Source of the DNA: Candidatus Bathyarchaeota archaeon
Lineage (GTDB): Archaea > Thermoproteota > Bathyarchaeia > Bathyarchaeales > Bathycorpusculaceae
DNA: 50,819 nt
Direction: 5' to 3'
NCBI GenBank assembly: GCA_003133625.1
Contig: PKYH01000027.1
Span: 15,266-66,084, forward strand
Shown here: in pieces, positions 48,888 to 50,819 of the stretch
Layout: each line of letters opens with the position of its first letter
Position numbering within the stretch: position 1 is the first letter of the stretch
The notes under the pieces: generated by a model
Told to the model about the DNA's origin: nothing
Database searches by the model: none
The model's input: the letters and a program-made list of their open reading frames with translations, nothing else
Made by a program: the position numbers and the translations under genes

Positions 48888-49124
48888 TTGGGAAAAGTAA
48901 AGACTGAACAAATTAAACGAGTCGGCAAAGAACTAATGGCACGTTTTCCAAATAAATTCACCAGCAACTTTGACGAGAACAAGCGTTTAGTTGACTCTTT
49001 AACGCAAGGAACAACCACACGAGTAAGAAATCAGATTGCTGGATATATAACGCGTAAGCTATCATTAGCTCAAGACAGCTCTTCAACTGAACCTGATGTT
49101 AGCGAAGAAGAAGCATCAGAATAA
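48888..49124 (+). CDS. rps17e: 30S ribosomal protein S17e (eS17)
   Basis: MGKVKT..IKR, F..NFDENK, RNQIAGYITR. Confidence 0.96.
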   Translation: MGKVKTEQIKRVGKELMARFPNKFTSNFDENKRLVDSLTQGTTTRVRNQIAGYITRKLSLAQDSSSTEPDVSEEEASE

Positions 49125-49152
49125 ACAAGTAATTTTAGGAAAAGAATCCCGC

Positions 49153-49530
49153 ATGATGGATGAGTACAGGAAAGGATGGGCACTAAGGTACCTTCGTGAG
49201 GCAAAAGCCGAATTGGAAGCAGCGCGAAAAATACCTTATATGGCACCTGGTTTAGTTTTGGAAGCAATCAGAAAAGCAAGAAACGCCATATATTACAGTC
49301 TGGGCGAGCCTGCGTTTATAGAAATACTTATACGAGAAGAAGTCATGAAAAACCCAACTACGAATGATTCACTTTTACGGTTTCTAATAGAAATCGAAAG
49401 CATCATACAACAAATATCACAATTAGAAGAAGTAAACGGCGAAGCAATGATGAAGCAGGCAGATTCAATCGTTGAAATAGCAACCGACATCGTCGAAACA
49501 TTAACAGAAGAAAGATTCCAAAACTTTTAA
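49153..49530 (+). CDS. conserved helical hypothetical protein
   Basis: ORF operonic with rps17e. Confidence 0.7.
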   Translation: MMDEYRKGWALRYLREAKAELEAARKIPYMAPGLVLEAIRKARNAIYYSLGEPAFIEILIREEVMKNPTTNDSLLRFLIEIESIIQQISQLEEVNGEAMMKQADSIVEIATDIVETLTEERFQNF

Positions 49531-49606
49531 GCTCGCAATCAAAAAAGTGCAAAACAATTTTAACATAAAGGAATAATTCTATAAATATAGTGAGCGCAGA
49601 AAACAA

Positions 49607-49891
49607 ATGACACTTACAATAAAATTCATCGGTGCACTACGCCACTTATCAGGCAAAACGCAATTGACCATTAACTTCCAAGAAGGAATGTCACTAAAAG
49701 AATTAGTAACAAAAATCAGCCAACAAATGCCGAAGTTAGAAAAAACCTTCAGCGACCAACAACTCAACGATTCACGATCAAATGCGCTGACACTCATAAA
49801 TGGCAGAGAAATCAGCGTTTTAAACGGTTTGGAAACTAAATTGAACGATGGAGACGAAATCGTCTTTGTCCCAGTTGTTCACGGCGGTTAA
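49607..49891 (+). CDS. MoaD/ThiS/SAMP ubiquitin-like protein
   Basis: INGREI..L.GLET.L.DGDEI..VP.VHGG with C-terminal GG. Confidence 0.92.
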   Translation: MTLTIKFIGALRHLSGKTQLTINFQEGMSLKELVTKISQQMPKLEKTFSDQQLNDSRSNALTLINGREISVLNGLETKLNDGDEIVFVPVVHGG

Positions 49892-49897
49892 CCTAAA

Positions 49898-50674
49898 ATG
49901 ATAACTTTGACTAGTGACTTTGGGCTAAAAGACCCTTATGTAACAGAGATGAAAGGGGTGATTTTAACCATAAACCCAAAAGCCACATTAATCGACATAA
50001 CACATGATATTGAAAAATTTAACATTCGAATGGCCGCTTTCATGTTGGCTTCGGCTGCGCCATACTTTCCAGAAGGCACCGTTCACTTGGCTGTTGTGGA
50101 CCCAGGCGTCGGCACCCAAAGACGCGCTATATTAATACAGACTAAGAAGGGTTTTTTTGTTGGGCCTGATAACGGCATTTTGATTTTAGCCGCCCAAAGC
50201 CAAGGCATAGAACACGTATACCAACTTACAAATCCCAAGTTTATGCTGCCTAAAATTTCCAGCACATTTCACGGCAGAGACATTTTTGCGCCTGCAGCAG
50301 CCCACTTAGAGAAAGGAGTACAACCCATCGAATTTGGACCAGAAATAAACGACCCAATCAAACCTGAATTCGCCAAAGTCAAACGAGGAAACAACTCTCT
50401 AATCGGCGAAGTCATGCACATAGATGGCTTTGGCAACATAATCACAAACATAAACGAGAAAATGGTCCAAAACTACGCTAAAAAAGTCAACGTAGAATTG
50501 CCCAGCATTTCGCTAAAACTTACGTTCGGCAAAGCCTATGCCCAAGCGAAACCTAAAGAACCCATAGTCCTAATAGGAAGCCATGGTTTTATGGAAATAG
50601 CCCTAAATCAAGGCAGCGCAGCGGAAAAATTCCATGCGAAAGCTGGAGATAAAATCGCAGTTACAGTTGCTTAA
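49898..50674 (+). CDS. SAM hydroxide adenosyltransferase / chlorinase-fluorinase (DUF62) family
   Basis: ITLTSDFG, VVDPGVG, GPDNG, TFHGRDIF, IDGFGN. Confidence 0.92.
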   Translation: MITLTSDFGLKDPYVTEMKGVILTINPKATLIDITHDIEKFNIRMAAFMLASAAPYFPEGTVHLAVVDPGVGTQRRAILIQTKKGFFVGPDNGILILAAQSQGIEHVYQLTNPKFMLPKISSTFHGRDIFAPAAAHLEKGVQPIEFGPEINDPIKPEFAKVKRGNNSLIGEVMHIDGFGNIITNINEKMVQNYAKKVNVELPSISLKLTFGKAYAQAKPKEPIVLIGSHGFMEIALNQGSAAEKFHAKAGDKIAVTVA

Positions 50675-50819
50675 CAGGCAAAGCGGCAAAGTGATAGTTT
50701 CTCAAACTATCTACAACTTTTTCTATCACATCAACGGGATTCTCTAATTCTGCAAGCTCGCTATGCACATCAAATCTCTTACCAAGATACTTCTTCGCAT
50801 ACCCCAGCACTCCTCGCTC
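50661..50819 (-). CDS. C-terminal end of an unidentified protein (truncated by window edge)
   Basis: Open frame ERGVLGYAKKYLGKRFDV...PVKQL*. Confidence 0.5.
   Translation of the reverse strand, partial: ERGVLGYAKKYLGKRFDVHSELAELENPVDVIEKVVDSLRNYHFAALPVKQL

Noticed and set aside
1329..50451. Many short antisense or alternate-frame ORFs in the track
   Set aside because: They are shadows of well-supported genes on the opposite strand or frame.

Overview
Archaeal chromosomal window, most likely TACK/Bathyarchaeia. This is inferred from the gene set: eS25, eS26, eS17, eS1, histone, Alba, class I LysRS, CofD and a Tes-like radical SAM enzyme. About 38 kb is housekeeping DNA (1-11990 and 24981-50819). 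The centre holds a ~12.9 kb integrated mobile element (11991-24939) bounded by a perfect 39-bp direct repeat equal to the 5' half of tRNA-Arg(GCG). The element splits its own tyrosine integrase gene at the att site (SSV1-type). It encodes a highly diverged MCM/AAA+-like protein next to an iteron-like repeat cluster. Its cargo looks defence-related: HEPN, trypsin-like protease, NDT/TIR-like domain plus beta-barrel, DUF4365-like nuclease-TPR, and an MjaI-family R-M pair. On a manual scan the element has no CTAG outside the att repeat, while the flanks have many. A relic copy of the integrase 3' end brackets the R-M cassette. Outside the element, rpoK has no canonical start codon. All product calls come from motif recognition, not database searches.
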